A stretch of DNA of 64,000 nt from a virus, in IMG/VR virus record IMGVR_UViG_3300005077_000565, positions 96,001 to 160,000 of that record; one strand, given 5' to 3'. Shown one piece after another: positions 9,568 to 19,105 of this stretch. Both the position numbers and the translations under genes were made by a program. Position 1 is the stretch's first letter. Every line of letters begins with the position of its first letter. The notes beneath the pieces are model-generated. The model was not told the DNA's origin and searched no databases. It saw only the letters and a list, made by a program, of their open reading frames with translations.

Positions 9568-10559
9568 GATTTCACTGAGCTATATGCGGCATTCAGATAG
9601 GTGGCATGGTCATTGGATTGCTCACTGACTTTGATGAGGTTATGCTTACCACAGAACTTCATGAATTTAATTCCAACCTGCGCCACCGGTGGTCGTTGTA
9701 CTTGTTCCAGGATAGCCTGGTCCAGAATACCCTTGATGTCGTCGGGCTGACACTTGAGATCAATCAGCATGCGATTACGGTGATAGTCATCCAACACCCG
9801 ATGTTCAACACCTTCGTGATCAGTCCAGCGTTGCAACATGAAGTTATTCCAGTTAAATCCGCGTGTATCACGATCAGCAAAGGCCTCTCTCATACCTACA
9901 CGATTTTTAGTGCCACGCTCACGTGCCCCAGGGAAGGCTGAGAATACATTATCCCCGCCGTCGCCACGAACACACTTTTCAAACAGCAGCCATTCAGGAT
10001 CTTCAATCATCTTCTGTCCCCCAGTCTTTTTGTCCTTCACTGGGCGACCACGATCATCAAAAATGCCGGAAATTGTGATATGCTGATTCTGAATCCCATT
10101 ATACTGCGATACATTCTCGTTAATCAGCTGATAGAAGTCACTGTCACTGCTGACAATTACATGCTTGCTGTCAGGATGATTTTGAATCCATCGAGCAATA
10201 AAGTCATCGGCCTCGCATCGCGGATGTTGTAATACTGTGCAGTTAGTGCGCTCTTGTATGAATTCCTTGAACTCATCAAATGCCGCCCAGAACGCACGAT
10301 CCTCCTCGGCCTCGGATTCAGTCAGCGCCGCACGTGCCACAGCACGATTAGCTTTATAGGGCTCATAGACATCCTTGCGCCAACTACGACCTTCAAGGCA
10401 GACCACAACATGACTACCATTAAAATCACGCCAGGCCTTATTGATACTGCTGAACATAATGTGTAGCGCCATGCCAATTTTAGTATCAATGTCGTCTCCA
10501 CGCACTACATAGCGTGCACGAAAAAACATGTTGGCGGCATCAACTAGAATGTAACTCAT
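9564..10559 (-). CDS. rnh: T4 RNase H-like 5'-3' exonuclease (FEN family)
   Basis: ILVD, YKANR, EADD, SSDSDF, GDGGDNV. Confidence 0.9.
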   Translation of the reverse strand: MSYILVDAANMFFRARYVVRGDDIDTKIGMALHIMFSSINKAWRDFNGSHVVVCLEGRSWRKDVYEPYKANRAVARAALTESEAEEDRAFWAAFDEFKEFIQERTNCTVLQHPRCEADDFIARWIQNHPDSKHVIVSSDSDFYQLINENVSQYNGIQNQHITISGIFDDRGRPVKDKKTGGQKMIEDPEWLLFEKCVRGDGGDNVFSAFPGARERGTKNRVGMREAFADRDTRGFNWNNFMLQRWTDHEGVEHRVLDDYHRNRMLIDLKCQPDDIKGILDQAILEQVQRPPVAQVGIKFMKFCGKHNLIKVSEQSNDHATYLNAAYSSVKS

Positions 10560-10568
10560 CGGGATATA

Positions 10569-10862
10569 TTATTCAATGTTATTGTTGCCATATTCGTCAG
10601 TGACGATACCACGGCACAAATCGTTAAACCATTGGTCGACAACATCTTCGGGGTTTCGACCGCTATAACCGGCATTATACAACATTTCGACAAATTTGTC
10701 ATTCCAGTCAAGTTCAAAGAATCCTGAGCTAGGATCACGTGGGTCTGCCATGTGCACATTGATAACCTTAACCCAGGGCTGCTCTTCAATGGTAGCCAGT
10801 TCTTTTTCCAGCGCCGCGTCCTTGAGCCGTGCTCTTGCAAAAAGCTTCTTGATAAATTTCAT
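10569..10862 (-). CDS. Hypothetical protein
   Basis: 97-aa ORF in operon. Confidence 0.7.
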   Translation of the reverse strand: MKFIKKLFARARLKDAALEKELATIEEQPWVKVINVHMADPRDPSSGFFELDWNDKFVEMLYNAGYSGRNPEDVVDQWFNDLCRGIVTDEYGNNNIE

Positions 10863-10864
10863 TT

Positions 10865-11104
10865 TTAAGGTTCAATCCACAGTTCTTCGTCATATTTGAC
10901 TGTCTGTGTTAGATATTTAATTTTAAACGGGGAACTACTAGTAGTACCGCCTTCACCGCGCTCGAGAGAAAATCTAACTCCCTCAGACTGCAATTGTGCA
11001 TCCAGGGAATTTAATTCTTTAACTAAATTACCTAGATTGGTCACCAACTCAACTACTTTTGGATCTTTCATTTTATACTCCTTGATTATTTCTTCAGTTG
11101 CCAT
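10865..11104 (-). CDS. Hypothetical protein
   Basis: 79-aa ORF in operon. Confidence 0.6.
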   Translation of the reverse strand: MATEEIIKEYKMKDPKVVELVTNLGNLVKELNSLDAQLQSEGVRFSLERGEGGTTSSSPFKIKYLTQTVKYDEELWIEP

Positions 11105-11349
11105 ATTACAAACTCATCTCGATCAATCCAGTAATGCTTTACTACAGGTTCTCCGGGACCAGTAATCCAACACTCACCGTGATAGGCCAGTCGGCCCCAC
11201 AGTGTTTTTCCTGTTAAGTAACACTGTTTAGGAAGCCAGCAGAATTTTAACCTCCACCATTTTGCTCGATTCAGTCCCCAATCTTCTGACGGTGGACTAC
11301 ATTGTACATCACTTTCGAATGAGTTATCTAGTGGCATCATGTGCCCCAT
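11086..11349 (-). CDS. Hypothetical Trp-rich protein
   Basis: 87-aa ORF in operon. Confidence 0.6.
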   Translation of the reverse strand: MGHMMPLDNSFESDVQCSPPSEDWGLNRAKWWRLKFCWLPKQCYLTGKTLWGRLAYHGECWITGPGEPVVKHYWIDRDEFVIWQLKK

Positions 11350-12218
11350 GCATTCTTATACAAAGGTACCTGAAGTCTATCGCTGTAGCGTAGTCCGTAC
11401 TTAGTGGCAAGTTCGGCCACCTGACGATTGTTCATTGAGTAAACACTTTCAACACCGCCCACGGGCATAAGATATACAGGACCAGTAAAACCATTGGCGC
11501 GATAGACATCCACCGCCGCCAGTGCTTCTTCGGCATCCTGTGCTGTGGCAATTACAAACTTCAAATATGTATAACCATATTCTTCATATTCACAGACTAC
11601 ATCGGGTTGAATTGCTTCGTGTTGTGCTTCACCACTGCAACTGAGCTTGGCACTGACACTGAAAGTAATACTGTTCACGCCACGTCCCAGGTCAATACCG
11701 CCATTATGGTGCCACTCACGATGAATCCAAGTTTTGAAATCATCTGTGAGCTGTTGCGTGCCATTGGTTTCAAATGTTAGTTCTTTTAGACTACGCATTT
11801 TAGGATGCTCGAGTAATTCAGGATACGCACGTTGCCAACCTAACAGTGGTTCACCACCAGTGATAACCAAGTGCTCGTCTCGCCATTCTTTGTAGGGCAA
11901 TGTTTCGACAATCTGCTCGGCTAGATCAGCAGTGTCAATCATTGGGCTCAGGTCCTTAAATTCAGGATAGACTGCCGCATAACTGTCACAACCAGTGGTG
12001 ACCAGAGGTAATTCATTGTAGTTGTTGTATTTTTCGATATTATTAATAACCGCCAGCACTTCGGGATTATGCGACTCGCCAGCAGGAACATCGCTACGCC
12101 CAAATCCACGACATCTAAAGTTACAACCAAAAGTGCGCAGGAATACGCTGGGAACACCCATGTAGCGTCCCTCACCCTGGATTGAATAAAATAATTCTGA
12201 AACTTTAATTTTGCTCAT
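11337..12218 (-). CDS. queE: 7-carboxy-7-deazaguanine synthase
   Basis: ELFYSIQGEG, VFLRTFGCNFRC...GCDS, ITGGEPLL, ETNG, YLMP, RLQV.L. Confidence 0.92.
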   Translation of the reverse strand: MSKIKVSELFYSIQGEGRYMGVPSVFLRTFGCNFRCRGFGRSDVPAGESHNPEVLAVINNIEKYNNYNELPLVTTGCDSYAAVYPEFKDLSPMIDTADLAEQIVETLPYKEWRDEHLVITGGEPLLGWQRAYPELLEHPKMRSLKELTFETNGTQQLTDDFKTWIHREWHHNGGIDLGRGVNSITFSVSAKLSCSGEAQHEAIQPDVVCEYEEYGYTYLKFVIATAQDAEEALAAVDVYRANGFTGPVYLMPVGGVESVYSMNNRQVAELATKYGLRYSDRLQVPLYKNAWGT

Positions 12219-12258
12219 GATAAATTGTTGTGTTGCAAATCTTGACAATAATAGATTT

Positions 12259-12287
12259 ATTGTACTACAGGTGATATTTTATGTCAA
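12259..12287 (-). promoter_or_regulatory. sigma70-like promoter
   Basis: TTGACA-N17-TACAAT. Confidence 0.7.
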
Positions 12288-12289
12288 AA

Positions 12290-12475
12290 TTATTTTTTCT
12301 TGATCAGAGACCAAGTACCGTCCTGATTGTCATTCCACTCAATGACATCACCGACATCCCAGCCGGCAATTTGTAGTGCTTCGTCAGGGATCTGTAAAAA
12401 TAACTCACCAGACTCTGGATCTTCTTGTACATCAATAGTCCAGTGTTTTGAGTCCTGTGATTTTAAATTACTCAT
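12290..12475 (-). CDS. Small AbrB/MazE-like protein
   Basis: LQIPDEALQIAGWDVGDVIEW pattern. Confidence 0.6.
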   Translation of the reverse strand: MSNLKSQDSKHWTIDVQEDPESGELFLQIPDEALQIAGWDVGDVIEWNDNQDGTWSLIKKK

Positions 12476-12890
12476 TATTTTTCCTTCGATCTGCAACACG
12501 GTTGCGCAGATCACCGGAACTAAAACGATGATCACGCTTGTTGAAATATAAATCAATGTCGCGTTTACGGCAGATATCTTTGCCAGTAAAATCCTTGTCA
12601 CGATATTCTTCACCTAGAATCCTGACATCTATATGATACATACTGAGAATGTCCTCTAGGTCCTGCTCGGTGACATAGGGGATAATTTCGTCAACGTACC
12701 CCACGGCCTTGAGTTGTGTGTAGCGCTCGACTATAGTTTGTATAGGAGAATTTTTAGACGGGCGATCTATACTGGGGTCTACTTGTAGCCCGCAAATTAA
12801 ATAATCGCATTGACTCTTGGCATCGCGCAACATTTGTACGTGCCCGGCATGCAAGAGGTCAAAAGCAGAGCAGGTAAAACCAACCTTCAT
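12468..12890 (-). CDS. Cytidylyltransferase (TagD-like)
   Basis: FDLLHAGH, C-terminal RFSS. Confidence 0.88.
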   Translation of the reverse strand: MKVGFTCSAFDLLHAGHVQMLRDAKSQCDYLICGLQVDPSIDRPSKNSPIQTIVERYTQLKAVGYVDEIIPYVTEQDLEDILSMYHIDVRILGEEYRDKDFTGKDICRKRDIDLYFNKRDHRFSSGDLRNRVADRRKNNE

Positions 12891-13126
12891 TTATTTCCCT
12901 CGATGATTTTTAATAATTTTAAATTTAGAACAAAGTTTTCCACCAACAGATGTGTAATTACTGCTTTGAGTACAGTGATATCTTCGTCCATTTCAATTAC
13001 GTGCCCGGCCATCAATTGGTATGCAGTGTGTTCGTCGACTGCAAGATCAGCCCAGTCTATAGGGTCAGCACGTTCAGACTCTAGAGCTAGTTCTACGATG
13101 TCATTGACTGTGGGTTTACCATTCAT
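12887..13126 (-). CDS. Hypothetical protein
   Basis: ORF with GGAG RBS, ATGA overlap. Confidence 0.65.
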   Translation of the reverse strand: MNGKPTVNDIVELALESERADPIDWADLAVDEHTAYQLMAGHVIEMDEDITVLKAVITHLLVENFVLNLKLLKIIEGNK

Positions 13127-14462
13127 ACCAAAACTCCTTAAATTCCGGGCATGCTTCAAGTATACTGGTTTTCCTTACAGCGTCAAGAGCACCAACATGT
13201 CGCCGCGCCAGTTTTCTAAGTTCAACTACATTGTCGGGCTCGGGCTCCTGTAGTGTACGTTCAATGATCGACCATTGACTGGGCCAGCCAGCCCGCCCGG
13301 ATCGATCTCCACCCTGTGTATATTTTTCATGATTTGGCAACGAGAAAATATAAGAACGCAAAGATTCCAGCAGTGCTAGGCGATATTCCATTGGCAGTAC
13401 CTTGACTTGGAAATGCTCGGGCATTCTTAATATGCTTGACATTGTAATATGACCGGGTATCCCTGTAGATTCAAACCACTCAATTAGTTCAGCAAGTCCT
13501 GCCACCGTATACATACTGACTGTGGCATTTATGTTTAGGCCAATGTTTGGCTTCACTGTGCTGATGTAATGTTTTATTTGTTCTATATTTGCGTGAATGT
13601 TCGCCCAACGTGTGCCGTTTCTGGCCCATTCGGCCCGAGCACCAGTGCAGTCTATACTGGCACCAATGCCGATATAATTAAATTTAGACCAGTATTGATT
13701 CAATATATCAATGTTTTGATAATTTAATTTCAGCAAATTAGTATTGTAGGACAACATACAATCAAATCTCTGATGCTCTGCTAGCAGATCCAAAATTTCG
13801 TAATGCAGGCGACTGATCATTGGTTCGCCGCCGGCAAAATATATTTCCTGAATAGTTTCTATATTATCTAACACTGACTGTCTGATATTCACTAACCCCT
13901 GATCTGAAACATTTAACACAGCACCGTCAGTATTTGCCGCCTTTATCGGTGCCACTGGATAATCCCGCTTAAACCCAAAATTATCAAGAGCTTCCTGTTG
14001 TATCATGCTACTATATCCCGGAGAGCACATCACACATTTCATATTGCATAGATTCGTGTTGCGTACATCCCAGTATATCAGCGGTGTGTCTATAGAGACT
14101 GCACCAGTCTCATCATAGTCCAGTGATACTAGACTGCTGGAGAATTTTTCATTGGTCTGCATTCGATAACTACTGCCAATTTGTCGCTCCATGTCCCAGC
14201 ATGTTTTACAGATTGAATTTTCAACACCGGAAATCATGTCGCGTCTTAGTGACTTCCAGACGCCACTGTTCCTGGCTGATATAATATTGTTTTTGTTGAT
14301 GTTTATAGATTCTAAATCATCACTGTCTAGTTTATACCGATTATCGAATACTACACCTGCAGTATGGCAACAGGGTAAAAATTCACCGCCAGGCAGAACA
14401 TGCGCACCCTGCCAGGCACGCACACATATTTTATTATTTCCAGGTAGCTTGTCGTACTGCAT
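13116..14462 (-). CDS. Radical SAM protein with N-terminal SPASM/twitch-like domain
   Basis: C..PCC..CKTC, then CNMKCVMC, FAGGEP. Confidence 0.88.
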   Translation of the reverse strand: MQYDKLPGNNKICVRAWQGAHVLPGGEFLPCCHTAGVVFDNRYKLDSDDLESININKNNIISARNSGVWKSLRRDMISGVENSICKTCWDMERQIGSSYRMQTNEKFSSSLVSLDYDETGAVSIDTPLIYWDVRNTNLCNMKCVMCSPGYSSMIQQEALDNFGFKRDYPVAPIKAANTDGAVLNVSDQGLVNIRQSVLDNIETIQEIYFAGGEPMISRLHYEILDLLAEHQRFDCMLSYNTNLLKLNYQNIDILNQYWSKFNYIGIGASIDCTGARAEWARNGTRWANIHANIEQIKHYISTVKPNIGLNINATVSMYTVAGLAELIEWFESTGIPGHITMSSILRMPEHFQVKVLPMEYRLALLESLRSYIFSLPNHEKYTQGGDRSGRAGWPSQWSIIERTLQEPEPDNVVELRKLARRHVGALDAVRKTSILEACPEFKEFWYEW

Positions 14463-15826
14463 CACCAAGTATCCCAGAACTCATTGAATTCCGGACATGC
14501 TTTGAGAATACTAGTGTTTCTCATGGAATCCAGTGATGTTATGTACATTTTAGCACGTGCACGCAATTCTGAAACATTATCAGGTTCTGGTGATTCCATT
14601 ATCTTACGTAACAAATCCCACTGATCCGGCCATTTAGTTGCAGTATTAGTCTTGCCACTACTGGTATATCTGCGTTTGCGTTCTGGTTCCAGTGTTACAA
14701 TAAAGCTATCTAACTCGTGCATTAGTCGACGTCGATATTCCAGTGGTAATACAGTGATCTGATAAAAATTAGGAAACTGCAAGAAGTTGGTAATTGTTAC
14801 ATTACCATTAAACTGATGAGTTTCGCACCATTCGATGAGTTGTCGTAGTCCCGCAACAGTGTACATACTTAGCGTTACGTTTAACCCCATGTCAATACCG
14901 TTGTTTCCTGAATTCACTGCCTGCATAATTCTAGTAACATTTCGATCAATAACATCCCACTTGGTGCCGGCTCTGGCCCACTCAGCACGAGCTCCAACTG
15001 CATCTAGACTACCACGTAGTATAATTTTATCGAATTTGTTCCAATATTCAGTGATCACATCCTTGCCAAATTGATTTAGCTTTAATAAGTTGCTAGTATA
15101 AGTAAGTCTACAATCAGTTCTATTGGCGGCCAGCAATATATCCAATATGTCGTAGTGTGTCTGATTGATCAATGGCTCACCACCGGCGAAATATATTTCT
15201 TTAGTGATATCGACATTTTTCTTTAAATGTGTGATAATTTCGTTTTTTCCGAAATCACCAATATCGATTACTGCAGATATATTACCCCTAGTATCTGGAT
15301 ACGGGGGTTTGAAGTAATTAATTTTGTTTTCTTTATGTGCTTCTATAGTTTCTTGACAAAGCAAACTACTATAACCAGGTGAACACATAATACACTTCAT
15401 ATTACATAGGTTAGTGTCTCGTATATCCCAGTAGGAAATTTCATCAGTGTCTAGGGTACCGTCTGCATGATAATCAATTTCGTGCACAGTTTCTGAATGT
15501 TCAAAATTCGCCTGAATTCGATGACTGCCACCATGGGAATTTTCTAGATCCCAGCAGGACTTACAAATTGGATTTTGAACTCCATTAATTAAATCTTTTC
15601 TAAGTTGTTGCCAGACGTTGTGGTTTCTAATAGATGTAAGGTTGTTCTTGGATATGTTTATTTCATCCTGAACTTGTCTAGTAGTCAGTTCCTGACTCAT
15701 TGATTTTACATGTATTGCTGAACTAGTAAAGCAACAGGGTAGTACATGCCCGTCGGGTACTATATGCGCACCTCGCCAGGCCCGGACGCAGATTTTATTA
15801 TTTTTCGGTAATTCTGAATATTTCAT
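14462..15826 (-). CDS. Radical SAM protein, tandem paralogue of 13116-14462
   Basis: Shared NNKICVRAW, CNMKCIMC, FAGGEP, RAEWAR, ACPEF.EFW..W. Confidence 0.88.
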   Translation of the reverse strand: MKYSELPKNNKICVRAWRGAHIVPDGHVLPCCFTSSAIHVKSMSQELTTRQVQDEINISKNNLTSIRNHNVWQQLRKDLINGVQNPICKSCWDLENSHGGSHRIQANFEHSETVHEIDYHADGTLDTDEISYWDIRDTNLCNMKCIMCSPGYSSLLCQETIEAHKENKINYFKPPYPDTRGNISAVIDIGDFGKNEIITHLKKNVDITKEIYFAGGEPLINQTHYDILDILLAANRTDCRLTYTSNLLKLNQFGKDVITEYWNKFDKIILRGSLDAVGARAEWARAGTKWDVIDRNVTRIMQAVNSGNNGIDMGLNVTLSMYTVAGLRQLIEWCETHQFNGNVTITNFLQFPNFYQITVLPLEYRRRLMHELDSFIVTLEPERKRRYTSSGKTNTATKWPDQWDLLRKIMESPEPDNVSELRARAKMYITSLDSMRNTSILKACPEFNEFWDTW

Positions 15827-16401
15827 TTTGGGCTCCAATGTACATTGCATCTGGGTTCGTATACGCCAGTACTACCCACAAGCAGCCGATCCCCGACTTC
15901 GGAAACTCGATAAGTTTTTGTGGCATCTCGGCCGCATACTGTACAAACTGCTTTAATTTTTTCAACAGTGTCGGCCAGGCCCATGAGTAGTGATGTCGTT
16001 TCAAAAGGTTCGCCTCGACTATCCTGATCTAAGCCGCCGACAACTACGTTTACGCCGGAGTTTAGCCATTGTGTTATGTGCCTGACAGTCTCATGAGTAT
16101 CTAAAAATTGAACCTCATCAAGAAACACCGTGTGATAGTTATAGGGCATGATCTTGTATTTCTCATCGATCTCTTTAAAAGAAGTAAAGCTCACTGATGG
16201 ATAACTTAGTTTATTGTGGGTTACAATGTGATCTTCACTGTATCGATCGTCACGTGCTGGTTTTAATACCAGCACACGCTGACGCTGGTGATCCAACCAG
16301 AGTACACGTTTCAGCAGGCTACTAGTTTTACCGGCGTACATGGGTCCACAGTATACTTCTAGTGTTCCGCGAACGACTTCGTATTTTTTATTTTCTGCCA
16401 T
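15823..16401 (-). CDS. tdk: Thymidine kinase
   Basis: GPMYAGKT, LDEVQF, GLD, CTVC...YEPRC. Confidence 0.95.
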   Translation of the reverse strand: MAENKKYEVVRGTLEVYCGPMYAGKTSSLLKRVLWLDHQRQRVLVLKPARDDRYSEDHIVTHNKLSYPSVSFTSFKEIDEKYKIMPYNYHTVFLDEVQFLDTHETVRHITQWLNSGVNVVVGGLDQDSRGEPFETTSLLMGLADTVEKIKAVCTVCGRDATKTYRVSEVGDRLLVGSTGVYEPRCNVHWSPK

Positions 16402-16406
16402 ATATT

Positions 16407-16429
16407 AAAAAGGCCAGACGAATCTGGCC
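16407..16429 (-). terminator. Rho-independent terminator
   Basis: GGCCAGA-TTCG-TCTGGCC-TTTTT. Confidence 0.8.
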
Positions 16430-16454
16430 CTGCGTGTTTACGATTTAACTAATA

Positions 16455-17063
16455 TTAATCGTTAAGTTTGCCATGTATGTATTTAAGCAAAACACCGTAG
16501 GCTGGCAGGAAGAATACTAGACCAACTACGATCTTAAGCACAGTCTGTGAACCTGCGATCTCCATCCAGTGTTCAGCCATGTAAGGATCTGCAGAATTCT
16601 GGAATGCCACAGCAAAGAATGTATAGCTGTCAATGACGTTGGCTACAATAGTGCTCAGTGCAGGAGCAGCCCACCATTGTTGCGTCCAGCGTTCACGAAT
16701 GTACTGGAATACGTATACGTCCAACAGTGTACCAATCAGGTAGGCAGTTGCTGAAGCAAAGCCAATGCGCAGTGCTACACTAGAGGGAGCGCCTTCCAGC
16801 AATACCACTAAAATACTTGTTAGGATGGCAAAGGGATAGGCGGCCGCAATAGTGGCACGAGCAATGCTCTTGCCAATTAAACGCACAGTGAGGTCAGTGG
16901 CCAGGATCACCAATGGGAATGTAAAAGCAGCCCAGGTTAACTTAACGCCCATGATTTCTACAGGGATACTAACAAGTGCGTTGGAAATTGTGATGATCAC
17001 AACATGCAACAATGCTAGTTTGAGCATCATTGCTCGATCGATATCTTTAAATAATGAAAACAT
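16455..17063 (-). CDS. yhhQ: preQ0/preQ1 transporter (VUT family)
   Basis: 6-TM; ISN, TWAAFTFP..ILATDLTVR, RIGFAS..AY, LDVYVF, LPAYG. Confidence 0.92.
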   Translation of the reverse strand: MFSLFKDIDRAMMLKLALLHVVIITISNALVSIPVEIMGVKLTWAAFTFPLVILATDLTVRLIGKSIARATIAAAYPFAILTSILVVLLEGAPSSVALRIGFASATAYLIGTLLDVYVFQYIRERWTQQWWAAPALSTIVANVIDSYTFFAVAFQNSADPYMAEHWMEIAGSQTVLKIVVGLVFFLPAYGVLLKYIHGKLND

Positions 17064-17078
17064 TTTTTTCTCCTTGAA

Positions 17079-17309
17079 TTATTTTTTCTTTTTACTGACA
17101 GTGGATTTAGTTTTGGGTTTGACTGGTGTCACATACACTGCGTTTTGCATGGCCAGCTGTACATCTTTTAATAGCTGCGCATCATCCCAGACTAGCTCAG
17201 TACGTCCGTTTTCGTAAGTCTTCACTGTTAGGTGAGAGCCCTGAACTACTTTGGGCCAGTCACCACTGTCGGCAGTTATTGTCACAGATTTCTTTTTACT
17301 AGTTGCCAT
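17079..17309 (-). CDS. Hypothetical basic protein
   Basis: 76-aa ORF in operon. Confidence 0.65.
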   Translation of the reverse strand: MATSKKKSVTITADSGDWPKVVQGSHLTVKTYENGRTELVWDDAQLLKDVQLAMQNAVYVTPVKPKTKSTVSKKKK

Positions 17310-17314
17310 TGTTA

Positions 17315-18019
17315 TTACCTCGGAGCAAATTCTTGTTGCATTTTAATATTGTCGAAGAATTCTTTCTTCGTACCGGCATCGGAATAAAAGCTACCCTTGA
17401 GCACAGTGGTCTGAGTCAAACTACTATGTGCCATGATACCACGATTCTCGCAACACCCATGGGTGGCCTGAATATAGACACCTAGGTTTTTTGCCCCGGT
17501 CGCACGCTCAATTTCTCGAGCAATATCGTTGGCTAATTCTTCCTGCAGAGTTCCTCGACGTGCACACCACTGTGCGATACGTGTATACTTGCTCAGTCCA
17601 ATAAGTTTATCAGCGGCAATAATACCAATATAGGCAACACCATTAACGGGCTGGTGATGATGGCTACACATACTGCGAATTTCACTGCGAACAACTAACA
17701 TACCCTCGTACCGATCAGTGGAATCGTTTGGAAATGCCGTTGCACTGGGAGCAGGATCATAGCGTCCACTCATGATCTCGTTAAAATACATCTTGGCCAA
17801 ACGGCGTGCTGTACCGTGACTGTTGGGATCATTTTCTCGATCAATCAGGAGATGATCCAGTACTAGTTCGAACGCACCAGTGGCTTCATCAATGAGTTTG
17901 TGTTTGATGTCCGGTGTGATGTATTCGCTGATGTTATCACCGGCCCAGAATCGTTTGTTATCCTGCTTCATGCGCTCACGAATCGCCTGAGCTAGGTTTT
18001 TTTCGGAAGTATTTCCCAT
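17315..18019 (-). CDS. folE: GTP cyclohydrolase I
   Basis: SMCSHH, GLSK..R, LQE, HGC...RG. Confidence 0.96.
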   Translation of the reverse strand: MGNTSEKNLAQAIRERMKQDNKRFWAGDNISEYITPDIKHKLIDEATGAFELVLDHLLIDRENDPNSHGTARRLAKMYFNEIMSGRYDPAPSATAFPNDSTDRYEGMLVVRSEIRSMCSHHHQPVNGVAYIGIIAADKLIGLSKYTRIAQWCARRGTLQEELANDIAREIERATGAKNLGVYIQATHGCCENRGIMAHSSLTQTTVLKGSFYSDAGTKKEFFDNIKMQQEFAPR

Positions 18020-18040
18020 GCACTAAGTTCCTTTTTAGTT

Positions 18041-19105
18041 TTATTTCAAAATGTTATTAATCATAACAGTACTATTTAGATAATTGTCAATCAAAATCTG
18101 CTGTTGTCGGCGGATACTGTCCTGATATTTTTCTATATTATTAATGCGTTCACTGATAAAGTCAACGATATTTTGCCTATTAGTACGATAGGCGTCCAAA
18201 CTGGAGGTCCACTCTGCGGGGTATTTAAACTCCGGCAGATACATTTCATGATAACTGGCGCGATCTGGTACGATTGGTACTGCCCCGGTCAAGACTGCTT
18301 CCATGACACTGATGCCTAGATTTTCATGTAGTGCACAACTAAAAATAGCGGCACTCTCGCCCATGACACGATAGTAATCGGCCTTGTTCAGTGACATCTT
18401 CTGTGTGATGACCATGTCGAAAGATTTAGCTAAATCTTCTGCAATCTCTGGTTGTTTGTCGGCGTTGTATCGATGAGGCCACATGACACGACGCTTCTTT
18501 TCAGTATTCTGATAGGGCGTCAACTGATCCACAATTAGTTCATGTGGCTGACCACTACGAACTGCACGGCCATGGAATTCTGGCAGAATATTCAAATTCT
18601 TTAGGAACATGTCCTTGTGGAAATCTGTGGCGTAATAGTTATAGTCACTGGCATAAAACCAACTACGTTCAGCCTCCCAGGGCCAGGGCTTCTTCATTTT
18701 GTATCCCAGGATGTCTGTGGGATCATAGGCGCCAGCATGCCAGATACTGTGAATTTCCACTGGGATATCCAGCAGATCACTCATGTATTTGATGGGTGTA
18801 ATTACAAAGTTCCAGGCGTCAGTCACTAAAAATTTATCACCAGGGCGAATTCGCCCCTGGCTGAACCATTTGGAAATTTCCAGGGCCTGTGACGCTTTAT
18901 AGACGTTGGTGGCACCGAAGTCCAGGAATGCGCCACTGGATGTTTTATCCTCGATGCCGGCACCGTAGACTGTTACTACATCATAGCTCAGTCCGCGACG
19001 CTGAATCTCACATTCTAAAATTTTAGGAATATTATCGTACCACTGACGTGTGTAACGCTGATCAATTGGTTCAATGGGTACAATATAAATTGTGTTATTT
19101 GCCAT
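18041..19105 (-). CDS. GT-B fold glycosyltransferase
   Basis: HR...DKQP, ENLGISVMEA (EX7E), VPDR..Y.E. Confidence 0.8.
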   Translation of the reverse strand: MANNTIYIVPIEPIDQRYTRQWYDNIPKILECEIQRRGLSYDVVTVYGAGIEDKTSSGAFLDFGATNVYKASQALEISKWFSQGRIRPGDKFLVTDAWNFVITPIKYMSDLLDIPVEIHSIWHAGAYDPTDILGYKMKKPWPWEAERSWFYASDYNYYATDFHKDMFLKNLNILPEFHGRAVRSGQPHELIVDQLTPYQNTEKKRRVMWPHRYNADKQPEIAEDLAKSFDMVITQKMSLNKADYYRVMGESAAIFSCALHENLGISVMEAVLTGAVPIVPDRASYHEMYLPEFKYPAEWTSSLDAYRTNRQNIVDFISERINNIEKYQDSIRRQQQILIDNYLNSTVMINNILK

